This document shows, piece after piece, positions 13,574 to 26,059 of a stretch of DNA of 64,000 nt. The stretch is from contig NC_043000.1 in NCBI RefSeq assembly GCF_006345805.1, positions 128,402,001-128,466,000 on the forward strand, given 5' to 3'. This stretch comes from Octopus sinensis. Lineage: Eukaryota. The position numbers were made by a program, and so were the translations under genes. Position 1 is the first letter of the stretch; each line of letters begins with the position of its first letter. The notes under the pieces were generated by a model. It did no database searches, had not been told where the DNA came from, and saw only the letters and a program-made list of their open reading frames with translations.

Positions 13574-13933
13574 TTGCTTCCCAACCACATGATTCTGGGT
13601 TCAGTTCCAGTGCGTGGCACCTTGGGCAAGTGTCTCCTACTATAGCCTCAGGCCTATCAAAGCCCTGTGAGTGGATTTGGTAGACGGAAACTGAAAGAAG
13701 CCTGTCATATATATATTTGTGTGTTTGTGTCTGTGTTTGTCCCGCCACAATCGCTTGACAATTGATGTTGGTGTGTTTACATCCCCGTAACTAGTAGTTC
13801 GGCAAAAGAGACTGATAGAATAAGTACCAGGCTTACAAAGAATAAGTCCAAGGGTCGATTTCTTTGATTAAAAGGTGGTGCTCCAGCATGGCCACAGTCA
13901 AAATGACTGAAACAAGTAAAAGAATAAAAGAAT
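13574..13933 (+). mobile_element. Family A SINE with a slightly truncated head
   Basis: gggttcagttcc B box, ggcaccttgggcaagtgtc CORE-like block, and tail gactgaaacaagtaaaagaataaaagaat. Confidence 0.88.
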
Positions 13934-16459
13934 TCATAACACATACATATACACACATGCATGCACATGCACACACACACACACACACACACACATGCCA
14001 TACAGATTTGTTCAGATTAAGTTGGATGAACAGAACTTAGGACAAATACAGATTCAAACATTGATTAAATAAATTAAGTAAATCTCAGGAAAAGTTATCT
14101 ATGTTAGTGACTATCACTATATCCCAAGGAAGATGCTTGTTACAGTCAGAGTTTCTCTCTCCTATACACACACACAAACACACACACTATTCCTACTTGT
14201 TTAAGATTTTAAAATTCAAAACAAATTCTATTGAGATCCCAAGTTAAGCCCAAGTGTTTACAAACTCTGAAGAAGCAAATTATCATACTGCCTTTATATT
14301 GATAAGATAAGATAGATAAGACATAAGATGTACGTTATTAGTTGAACACATTGTTCTACAAAATTCAAAAAGAGAAAAAAGAAATCCCTCAAAACAATGA
14401 AAGCCTGCAGTTGTACAGAGGTACAGACATCCTTCATGAAGCAGAGCAAGATGTGATTCATACATAGTCTGGGACAGAATGACATGGTCAGGTATTTCAA
14501 ACATTACTGGGCTGGACAAACAAGCCCATTAACACTGATGTACCCCTCTAAAATATGCATATGTGTATGAGTGTGTGTGTGTGTGCATCTAGGTGCATGC
14601 ATGTACATAATGCACACAATGTAAATAAACTATGTACAAATGAGTCACTGAGATTGCTTCTGCATGGCTGCTCAATTTGCTAGAGATAGTAACTAACTCT
14701 GCCTCATGGAAAGTAAAGGTGCAATGATGAAGAGGATGATGACGATGATAATGACAATTGGAGTAATGACCCTTAAGATTGAAAATGTTCCAGACAATAG
14801 ATGAAATTTTCAGTTGCATTTCAAGGGCTGAAAAGGTTACGGAACTCTTCACTAATGATCTTATTAAAAGTTACCATCATGGATTATTGGAACCTATCCC
14901 AGTTTTGAAGAATTGAAACCTTAGAAAAAAAAAGGCTCTTTCTGGATAGTTATTCAAAGGTGATGTACAAGGCCAATTACCTTTACAACATCTCCCTAAT
15001 TGGTGAGGTTGATATTGTTAATGCTTGGCCCAAACATCTGCAGGTCAACGACATCAGAAAAAAATGTGGGCATGGAGTGAACTGTAGACTGGCTTGAAGG
15101 CTTTAACAAGATTAACTCTACTAAAGACTAGTAGGCAAGGTGGTATTAAATAAAGTGCTAGAGTTAGGTCTACTACCATTCAATGCTAGTTTATTTTTCT
15201 GAATGCAGCAATATAAACAAACAAAACACACACACACACACATTCCATTTTGCCAACAGTGGTAATCCATTTCTCCTCAAAATTCAGTTATGTGAATTTC
15301 GCCAATAATTGTCTTAGAAGGTATTAAGGTTTTTGATGCAGGCATGGCCATCTGGTCAAAAAGGTTGGTTAGTTCCTGGTTTCCACTGTACAGCAGTCTG
15401 GGCAAGTGTGCTACTATGGCCTCAGCTCAACCCAAGTGTTGCAAGAGAAGTCAGGTAGATGGAAACTATGTGCAAGGCTATATATATATCTGTTCTTGAG
15501 TGGTAGACTTAATTCATTGCCAGGCCTGACACCATCATCTGTACCCTGGGTACTTTTTATTGGAATTTATTTTGTTGCAAGCATTCAGACCATTTACTAC
15601 ATCCACTCATAAGGTTTCATTGGGCATGGGCCATGGTACAAGACATTTGCTAAAGGTACTGCATGATGAGAGTGCACATGAAAATACATGTTTGAGAAAA
15701 GCAAGGTTCTTTGCCATACAGCCATACCTGCACCTATTGTGTGTGTGTGTGTGTTTAACCCTTTAGCCAATAATGTCAAATTGTAATGTTTATTTTCATT
15801 TACATTGTGTTGAATTAAGAATGCAGATTTCAATGATGTGATTAATTTATATTTAGAATGACATTGTAGGGTAGGTGTGAGAGCCTGGGTCTAGCTGGTT
15901 TAAATGCCTCAATAAATTTTCACTAGCACAGCAGTTCTCCAACTCACTAGTACTTGGGAATATGCAAAGAGAATAGATTCATGGCTTAGGGTAATTTACA
16001 TAATTAAAATAAAGCTGAATGAAGAGAAATAACTGGGTGGACACTGGGATGAATAAGATAAATAAAGATATACTAAATGCCAACATAGATCAGTGCGTAC
16101 ACATACATACATATGTATCTGTGTGTGTGTGTATAAGTATACATACATATATGTGTATGTATACACACACATGTATATACAATATGTGTGTGTGTATCTG
16201 TTATGTTCATATGTGTGTACTGTTGTCTTTCTCATGAATAGATATTCACAACTCAGGTGCAATTCCACATGTTGCATTAAGTTGCATTTGAATGCATGCA
16301 TGTCTGTCTGTATCCATATGAATGAGTACCTCTATATAGATCACACATGATGCTTACAAACATAGACACGTGTGTGTATGCATGTATGTCTGGTGCCTAT
16401 AATATGTATGTGTGTGTGTGTATATATACATATATATCTACACACACACACATATATAA

Positions 16460-16504
<45 letters not shown>

Positions 16505-18631
16505 GAGATAGGGCGAGAGAGGAAGAGAAATTTCTCTCATAATTTCTCTCTGTATACCATCATTCCAGGGTCTGTCTTATCTGTAAAAAACATTTTATAT
16601 TCCTTGAGCACCCCTCCACATGTACTTCCTCCCTTCACACTTTCACTCTCAACTCACCCCACCCCTCAAGGCAGTGTGAAAATGCCAGTAGGTGGAAGTA
16701 TTAGTGGCAGGGTGGTGATGGTGGTAGAATAGACACCCTATTCCCCACATCACTATCCTGCTTTCATTCTCCAGAAGAAAAATCTCCCACCCCATCTATC
16801 CTACCACGACATCCCTCTACCCTCTATCTATCTCTAGGTATCTATCTTCCATTCTGATTACCCACCCACATTCATGTTGGTACAGCACCCACTACCACCC
16901 TCCACCCTTAGCCAGCCAGCCAGCCACAACCTTCCCTATGAAGAGACCTCTACCTCACCCCATCCTGAAACTAAGCTAAGCCTTAATATATTAAAACACA
17001 TCTCTGCCAACCAAATCTTAACACGAAGAGAAAGAAAGAAAGAGAGAGTAAGAGAGAGAGAGAGAGAGAAAGAGAGACAGAGAGAGATATGTGGGGTAGA
17101 TATATAACTTCTGCCCACATGCTTCCTTTCACTCTGATAGCTCCCTTGCTGGAGGTGGTGGCAGTAGTAGTATTAGTAGTGGTGGTGGTGGTGGTGACGA
17201 TGATGATGATGATGATGATAGTGTTGTTGGTGATGGAAGTACTGGTTGCTTTGAGGGTTGGTGATGCAATGTATATGTGCGTGTGTGTAAGTGTGCACAT
17301 ATGTTAGTCTATATGCGTAGTTATATTTGTTTATGTAAGATTATATATATTGTATATGTATGTATATATGAGTGTGTGTGTGTGTGTGCCTGATGAGAGA
17401 GTGGGGGAAGAGTAGGGAAGATAGGAAGCTAAAAATGATGAAGTAGTGTATCTGTAAAGGTAGGTAAAGGAAGGGAGGTGGTTTGACTGGTGTGTGGGAG
17501 GATGGGAAACAGCGATAGAGAGAAAGAGAGACAAAGTGAGTGGGAGAAAGAGAAACAGAGAGAGAATAAGTGAGGGAGAATGAAAGAGAATATAGAGAGG
17601 AGAAATATACTTTTTTTTTATCTCTGAATATATACCATTCCATCAGCTTGAATGTCTGAGTGAAATAACTTGTTCATTGCGGTTGAGTGAGAGTTTGAGT
17701 TAGGGTTGCTTTATGAGTGGATATCTACAAGTCTGAAGTCTGAATCTATGAGTGAGTGCACATGTTTGAATGTGTGTGTGTGTGTGGTGTGTGTGTGTGT
17801 GAGACTATGTTATATGTGTGTGTGATGTGGGTAGATGTGGATAGATTTGACATCCTGAGAGAAGGAGTGAGAGAGAGAGAGAGAGAGAGAATAAGAAAGG
17901 AGAACAAGATGTGTGTGGAGAAGGGGTGAGAGTACACTAGAAAAATTAGGAAAGGAAGTAGAGCAATTTACAAAAATGATGATGATGATGATGATGATGA
18001 TGGTGATGGTGATGGGGGAGCTGTTCCTGTTGCTGGTGGTAATGAGGCGCAGAAGCAGCCTGCCTTGGCTGGCAGCAGAGAGGGGTGAGGTGGAGATGGG
18101 GAGATGAGGGAAGTATAGGGGGGAGGTATGGTGATGATGGCAGCGAGGTAAAAGAGAGCAAGAAAGAAAGAGATAGATAGATAGATAGAGAGAGAGAAAG
18201 AGAGAGAGAGAGAAAATGCTATGGTAGTTTTATGGAAGCTTATTTATACTCTCTAGGCCAAACAGCTGGCCTAACAGGAAATGGTGGAGGCAGAGGTGAT
18301 GATGGTACTGGAGATGAAGATGGTAGTGGGGGAGGTTAAGTCTACACAGGGACACGCACACCCACACCCACCCAACAACAACATACACACATATGAACAT
18401 ACCCATACATATGCTTGAAAATACAGTCCCAGAAACATACCCATGCACATATACTATCCCTCTGCTTGCTATGTTCCTAGCACTTTTCCTCCTCCCCTAC
18501 TCACTTTTTCTAATAGATCTCCTCCTCCTGTACCTCTCATTCCAAACATTACTCTCCCCTTCCAACATTAGTATGATCAAAAGGGAGTCCAGGGGGATTG
18601 ACATATATATGTGTGTGTGTGTGTGTGAATG

Positions 18632-18700
<69 letters not shown>

Positions 18701-20216
18701 TTGCTTATATTTGTATGTATGTATGTATGCATATATTACACACAGACACACTAAACTGGCAGTTATTAGAGCAGCATATAAAATGCCATGGAATATATTT
18801 TCTGGCTCTCAGTATTCTGAGTTCAACTCACACTAAGGCTAACATTTGTCTTTCAAGACTGATAAGCAAACTACCAGTTACACATACACAGATATAGCTT
18901 CAGAGTTCTGAGCAATGTCTTCACTGAGGAGGCAGATTCATGCTGAAACAGTGGTGTCTGAGAGTCCACTACATCACTGAAGAGTGAGTCATCAGCACAC
19001 ATCACCTACAAGGAGAAGTTGTTCTACAAAGATGAAATTCAACAGCAAATAATATATTCATATCCCTGTTTTCTTTTCATCTTTCTCGATCTGTAATAAA
19101 GAGAAGCCAAACACTTCAAATCACATCTTTACTACTGCAGAAACAGAGGTCTCACAGTAGATAATGTAGCTCTACATGCTACTTAAGCAATGGCCAGCAA
19201 TAAATCTAGTAGTCATTCTATTAGTCACTTGTTGCTGAACATGGAATAAACAAAACCAATACCAGTTGTCAAACAGTGAGAGACACACAAACACAAAATT
19301 ACACACACACCTACACACACAAAAGTATATTGTAGGGTAACAGTCTGGAGAAGTATACAATAAAAATATAATGTGCAGTAGTGTATTTAGGCTAGTCTAG
19401 TTGCTTGTTACTGTGAACCAGTGTATTATCATCATCATCATCATTGTTTAAAAGTTTGATTTGGTTCCATGCAACTTAGAGTTTCATAGGGTTGTCACAG
19501 ATACCCAACTCATCAGACACAGGTGGCCAAATGGGGCGATGTAGGAAGTACAAGATGGCAACTGGAATTCAGGCTGCTATTGGTCAAGGCAAGTCACTTG
19601 GTCTTATTAGAAATAGTACAGAAACTTCAGCAACATCAAATACATCAAAGTAAAAATCCCAATCTGAATTTATGTACGCATACATATATACATATCCTTA
19701 CACAACTAGACTCAACACCACCTAACCATGTTCCTATATTTTATCTTTCACAATCAATTTATGAATACCCGATTGAGTTATGAGACACAGACTCAATGTG
19801 GTCTCCTGTAATATTCTTCTGTTCCTGATGTTTTCTCCATCTTTTTGCACTGAGGAGAATGGTAATATGTAATTAAATTAATTTAATTATAATTACAATT
19901 AATTTAATTTTTTCCATGTTTCTTACATGGTGTTATCATTTGAAACGATCGTATGCATAGATTAAAATTTTATAAAACTTTTAACATCTTCTCTTCTCCA
20001 TCTTTAATTGTTAGTTGAGTTTATATAGGATTATATCCTATAAATACTCATAACACACCTTATACTTGTTAAATTTTCCTATTTTTTTGTATAAATACTT
20101 ACATTAGTAATCTACAATTTCAATATGAAGAATCTTTATTAGAAATCTAACTTTGGACCCACCCCCACCAAAGCAAAAATGTTCTAATTGAACTGAACTG
20201 TTCTTACATATATATT

Positions 20217-20480
20217 GGCACCTGTGCTGATGGCATGTGTAAAAGGATTCGAGCGAGGTCATTGCCAGTACCGCCTGACTGGCCCCTGTGCCGGTGGCAC
20301 ATAAAAAGCACCCACTACACTCTCGGAGTGGTTGGTGTTAGAAAGGGCATCCAGCTGTAGAAACTCTGCCAAATCAAGATTGGAGCCTGGTGCAACCATC
20401 TGGTTCGCCAGCCCTCAGTCAAAATCGTCCAACCCATGCTAGCATGGAAAGTGGATGTTAAACGATGATGATGATGATGA
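20217..20480 (+). mobile_element. SINE/retroposon fragment, family C, with a (GAT)n tail
   Basis: ggttggtgttagaaagggcatccagctgtagaaac block and ccaacccatgctagcatggaaagtggatgttaaacgatgatgat tail. Related pieces lie at ~2317-2475 (-), 21481-21555, 54690-54960 and 61370-61565. Confidence 0.8.
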
Positions 20481-20656
20481 TATATATACACACACATATA
20501 TAGGTGAGTAGCTTTGAGATGTCTTCTCTCAGTTCTCTCAAAAGCCACTCACCTTAATAGCTGTTACTGATGTACAGAAACAATTGTGATTTTGATTAAA
20601 GACTGTTCAATTTCACTTTACACACATACACACACACACACACACACATATGCATA

Positions 20657-21480
20657 CAGGGTGTGATAGGTAAATTGTCATCATTTTATATTTCTAATTT
20701 TATGAATGAGCATTGTTTTTGATTTTGTTGACTACACAGTATAAGTAGGATCAGTTCAGCTTGTCTGAGAAGAACAGCACCATGAAGCAATTCACTGGAA
20801 GAAATTTGGAAACAATATGCTGTACTGCTTGGCATTTGTGCTGGAAGCTCCAATATGAACATTTCAGAGTTTGGGCGTCAATCTGAGGACTTGTACCGAG
20901 AGTGATAAAAATCAAACATCCGTCAACATCATGGTGTTTGGAGTGATCATTAATGATGGTGACATTATGCCTCCATTCATCTTCCCACATGGCCTCAGAC
21001 TCAACATGGAGGTCTACATCAAGTGCTTGGAGGAAGTAGTGCTGCCTGGGGCTAGGAGGGTGACTGCTGGAAGACCCTTTGTCTGGCAACAAGACTCTGC
21101 ATGATGCCACACAAGCAAGAGAACACAGTCATGGCTGTCAGACAATTTCTGCAACAACATCACCCCTAACGTCTGGCTACCTAACTCCCCAGACTGCAAC
21201 CCCCTTATTATATGTGGGGCACAGTTGAGGTAGACACCAACAAAACTCCATGTAACACCAAAAATGAACTGAAGGCAAGGATTATGGCAGCATTCACCAA
21301 CTTAAACAAAGAGACCGTCCAGAAGAGTTGCATGAGATTCTGAAGTCACCTGGAGGGTGTGTAAATTTATTGTTTTGTGTTTCAAAATATTTTTAGATAA
21401 TTTGGGCAAATAATGTTAAAATGAGATGGTCGGTGATATTTTCATTTTTGTGTAATTTAAATGACAGTTTATTCACCGCC
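20657..21480 (+). mobile_element. Internally deleted maT/DD37D-type Tc1/mariner element (transposase remnant ~20905-21355)
   Basis: Left end TA|CAGGGTGTGATAGGTAAATTGTCAT and decayed right TIR (atgacagtttattcaccgc). Translation gives IMVFGVI...PPFIFPHGLRLNMEVYIKCLEEVVLP...WQQDSA*CHTSKRTQSWL...WLPNSPDCNPL, i.e. 37 residues after the second D. The third D is lost by a small deletion. Confidence 0.85.
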
Positions 21481-22631
21481 CCAGACCCCGGTCGAACCGT
21501 CCAACCCGTGCTAGCGCGGAAAACGGACGTTAAACGACGATGATGATGATGATGATAATAATATATATATATGTAGTCGTAATAGAAGGGTAGATGTTGG
21601 AACTGGATATGTATAGGGGTGACAGGTGACCAGTAGCAGTAGTTGACATTACTGGAGGGTGGTTTCCATTGTTTGGCCCAAAGTTTGCTCTGATTGCAGA
21701 GATCTATTATGAAAGGTATCCCAATATTTACCATCTGTCTTTTTATATCAGCAATATAATAACTAAAGTGTCCTTTTGCTTAAAAAAAATTTTTTTTTGA
21801 GATGGCAAGGTGTGATTTAAGAGAGATTTGACTGCTATTTCAAGCATGTCAAGCAGCCACACAAAGACTTCTTTGCTAGAGGGCAATTGCTACTTACTAG
21901 TGGCAAAAAAAAAGAGGAAACTAGTGAAAACTATAAGTGACGATGGTGTGGGAATGTTTGTGATGGTGGTATTGGTGTGGTAGTAGTAGTGAGAGTTGAA
22001 AATTGTACAGTAGTATGAGAGATAAATAATAACGATGATGATGATGGGCAATAATAGTATGGATGGTGATGGTAGTCCACTTTCTAGTGTAGTAGTAGTA
22101 GTAGTGGTGGTAGTAGTAGTAGCAGCAGCAGCAAAGGTAGTAGATAATATTTTTAGTGATGGTGCCTAAGAGTTGTGAATAGCAGAAATGGTGAGGTGGC
22201 ATTGGAAGGTGGTGGTGGTGGTAGTAGTAGTGATAGTAGTAGTAGTAGCAGCAACAGCAATAGTAACAAGTGATCTTGGTTGGGTTTTAAGATGTCTAAA
22301 AGCAGAGTGAGAGAAAGGGTATGAAGAGTCATGGTGGGGGATAGGGTTGAAAGTGTGGGAGGGAACAGGTAATCTTGTAGGAGGTTGTGGTGGTGGTGAT
22401 GTGATGGTGGGGTAGAGCAAGTAAACTTAAGCATGGAGGGTATTTGCCAAAAATAACTTCTTTCCTCTGCCTCTTTAACCAAAGATTGACAGGAATGTGG
22501 AAGAAGTCAGTGTGGCTTAATTAGTGAGAGGTGCATGTGTGCATGTGTGTGTGTGTGTGTGAACAGTGAGAGAACAAAGCAGGTTCAATCCCATATGTGG
22601 AACATGTAAGATATTTATTTTAAAGTTATAT

Positions 22632-22635
<4 letters not shown>

Positions 22636-22712
<77 letters not shown>
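22636..22712. repeat. Pure (GA)n microsatellite
   Basis: Direct observation. Confidence 0.97.
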
Positions 22713-22717
<5 letters not shown>

Positions 22718-22763
22718 CAGTCTTCTCAGGTCATGGAAACTACCCATTATTAGAAACTTTTTG

Positions 22764-22807
<44 letters not shown>

Positions 22808-23209
22808 AATACTATCATATTCCTGAAGACTATCTTTGGATGTGGTTGAACATTATTTTTAGCAATAACTTACTATGGGCCATACTTCTATGTTTGGGTA
22901 TTGTTTTTTTTGGGAAATATCTCTTCCAAAAGTGTTTTTCTTTTCTTTTTGTTATGTGACCTCCAATAGTGGTGAGGTCAGTAAGGAGAGAATAGCTACA
23001 AGACAAGTGCATTTCTAACCATCTCACAGAAAATTTCAAGCCTTACTGCTATATAAAAGTACTCTGTGGGTCACAGACCAATGAGAGAGTCACTATATCA
23101 GTACTTCTCAACTAGGGTCCATAAAAGATTTTGTTGATAAATTTATGTGCAATAAACTGGTTGTACTTCTACAATGCACAAAATATTTTAACAAGTTTTT
23201 TTAAACATG

Positions 23210-23545
23210 GTACAGGAGTGGCTGTGTGGTAAGTAGCTTGCTTACCAACCACATGGTTCTGGGTTCAGTCCCACTGTGATTGGATTTGGTAGATGGAAAC
23301 TGAAAAGAAGCCCGTTGTATATATGTATATATATGTGTGTGCTTGTGTGTGTGTGTCTCCAACATCGCTTGACAACTGATGCTGGTGTGTTTACGTCCTT
23401 GTAACTTAGTGGTTCGGCAAAAGAGACCGCTAGAATAAGTACTAGGCTTACAAAGAATAAGTCCTGGGGTCGTTTTGCTTGACTAAAGGTGGTGCTCCAG
23501 CATGTCCACAGTCAAATGACTGAAATAAGTAAAAGAGTAAAAGAG
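23210..23545 (+). mobile_element. Family A SINE with internal deletion of the CORE block
   Basis: Intact A/B boxes (ggagtggctgtgtggtaag...gggttcagtccc) are joined directly to tggatttggtagatggaaactg. The tail is intact. Confidence 0.85.
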
Positions 23546-23924
23546 AGAGTATGGAATGTCTACAAGGATCCATCCAAATAAAATAGGAATTAATTGGGTT
23601 CATAGGTAAGAATTGGTTAAGAATCACTGCTGCATATGCTTGCTGAACCTGCTAGAAATAGCAATCAAATTTTCATCACATTATGCCTGATTGGTTTACA
23701 GTAAATACATTGCTTGTAAGCTTATAGCCTGGTAATTTCAATGCAAGGTAATTAATCACATAGCAAACTGAAATAATAATGGTAAATAGATCACCATATT
23801 CTTAATTTGCAGAGTAAATATGTTGCATTTCATTAATAATGAAAAAGAAAGTCCATTACAAAATTCCACCCTACTACAATCTGAAAATTTTAAGAAATCT
23901 TGTAGAAGAAACACTTAAGAATTA

Positions 23925-24685
23925 GGATCTTTGTGGCTTTCGTCACTGATTACAATTTTGTTCCAATTGTTTTCAAATTTCGTATATGGATTAAGTTTTG
24001 TATAGTAACTATGAAAATGAAATTCATTTTCCCTAAGAATCCCTAATTAAAAAGTTTAGCCTTTAAAATTTTCAAAATTTGGGTATTTTAGCCAATCAGA
24101 AGCGAGTCTTTTACACATCACCGTGGTGAAAAACTCTGTTTCCATAGTAACCAAAGATGCCGTGCATATGCATAAGGAGAAGATACGTGAAAGAAAATCT
24201 ACTATAATAATACTCGTGTTTTTCTCCGTCACAACATATGAATGAGAAAGGAAGGAAGAGGTGATGGTAACCTGGTAGCAGGAGCGTTTCAACTCTGTGT
24301 GAATGTGTGTGTGCAATGGAAGTGGGATGGTGAACATTCAACTCCTGTTGGTTTGTTTGTTTGTAGCTTTTAAGTATTTAATTTGCTCGCGAATGTTGTA
24401 ATGTTAACTTCATTTGTGTATATTTTAATGTTTTGACTGTTATTTCTAGCAATGTTTTGACATGCCGATTCCTGATGATGGAACAGGCAGCGCATGTGCT
24501 GTTTTCTGATTGGTTGAAAATTCTGAAAATTATCAAACTTTGAACATCTTTAACACTTTTACAAAATTTTTCTGGAATAAATGAGGAACAAATTTGGATT
24601 CAGTGTCAAAAATTACATTTATATGATATATTAAAAATTTTTTTTTAAAGATAATTGTAAATAGTGACAGAAACCACAAAGATCC
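23925..24685. mobile_element. Non-autonomous DNA transposon with GG...CC ends and 8-bp TSD (Merlin-like)
   Basis: Perfect TSD AAGAATTA at 23917-23924 and 24686-24693. Imperfect ~33-bp TIRs GGATCTTTGTGGCTTTCGTCACTGATTACAATT and AATTGTAAATAGTGACAGAAACCACAAAGATCC. Inverted subterminal ccaatcaga/tctgattgg motifs. No coding capacity. Confidence 0.85.
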
Positions 24686-24699
24686 AAGAATTAAAGTAA

Positions 24700-25183
24700 C
24701 AACTAGTTTTGGCACAAGGCCAGCAATTTTGTAGGAGGGCAAGAGTCAAATACATTGACCCCAATACTTATTTTTAAAGTCTGGTACTTATTCTATCAGC
24801 CACTTTTGCTGAACTGCTGTTACAGGGACACACTGATACTGGTTGTTAAGCAGTGGTGGGTGACAGACAGATAGACACACAAAAATAAATATGACAGGCT
24901 TCTTTCAGTTTCCATCAACTAAATCCACTCACAAGGCTTTGATCAGCCTGAGCCTATAGCAGAAGACACTTGCCCAAGATGCTATGTAATGTGACTGAAC
25001 CCAGAACCATGTGGTTGGGAAGTAAGCATCTTATCATACACCCACATACTTTATTTTATTAATCCTTGAAGGGATGAAAAGCAAAGTTAGCCTTTGTGGG
25101 ATTTGAACTCAATAATAAAGAGCTAGAACTAATGCTGCAAAGCACTTTTTCTAATATGCTAATAATTCTGCCAGCTGGCCATC
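24700..25183 (-). mobile_element. Nested SINEs: family A copy (~24770-25045) inside a family B-related copy
   Basis: The family B-related halves (ttttggcacaaggccagc... and ...gatgaaaagcaaagtt...ttctgccagct) are split by a family A body (gaagacacttgcccaag...gactgaacccagaaccatgtgg). Confidence 0.7.
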
Positions 25184-25431
25184 TAAGAATCAAAGTAATA
25201 GTTAAAGAAGTTTTACTTTAGAGTTTACTGCAGTTTTTGCTAATTATTATTATTATTATTATTATTATTATTGCCTGAGGATACAACTAGTCAGCAGATT
25301 GTTTGTTTTTACATACATTTTTCCATGATAGCATGAGACAGACAAGTATATTACAAATGCATTGTTTTACAGCCAGATGCTTTCCCTGTAGCTAACTCTT
25401 ATCTGTTTTCAAGTAAGAGATATTTTGTTCT

Positions 25432-26059
25432 CAAAGGTGGGCATCATTTATCAAAAAGTTAACTTCAATATCTGTTAACTAATGTTGAACATGATGAACA
25501 AGTCCATCCAAGAAGGCAGCATAGCAAGTCCTTGGAGTTGGTCTCCAATCATGTCGACCAAATTCTGGGCCTTGTCCTTGAGTAACCTGTAGCTCCTGCT
25601 GCTCTCTTTTGGTTGGGTGACACCACTGAAGAAGTCATCCTCCTCCCCTTCATTGTTTCTGCTCACTTCATCAGACTGCTACCTCATGGTCTCCTCGACC
25701 TTATCCTCCATGCTTTTCCTCACCTTGGTGACCTCATTTATACTTATCCAACTAGATGAGGCGAAACCTGGAGTGGAAGGCAGCAGCTAGCTAACATTCT
25801 TCATCCTCTAGGAGGGTCCTAAACCTTTTGCCGATACCTGCCAAAAGTGCACTGACCAAGTGGCTGCAGTAGGCAAGGCCCTTGGACTTCAAGTCCTTGA
25901 GCCTAAAGATCATCGCAGCAACCCGAGTTAACAGAAGTTAATTCAAGTGAACTTTAGTTAATGGAGGTTAATTAGTCTGATAATGATTCCCAAAGTTAAC
26001 TTAAAAGTTAAATCGTTAACTCAGTTAATTAATGATTAACAGTTTAGTGCCCAAGTTTG
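25432..26059 (-). mobile_element. Decayed hAT-like DNA transposon with a transposase C-terminal remnant
   Basis: The imperfect ends CAAAGGTGGGCA and TGCCCAAGTTTG are inverted. Clustered subterminal GTTAAC motifs occur at both ends. The interior is GC-richer and coding-like (ORF 25475-25666, ...EEDDFFSGV...WMDLFIMFN). The 8-bp flanks match at only 5/8 positions. Confidence 0.5.

Noticed and set aside
25650-25680. Minus-strand CTGATGA...GAAA
   Set aside because: The 8-nt spacer forms no stem II, there is no stem I, and it lies in a transposase remnant.
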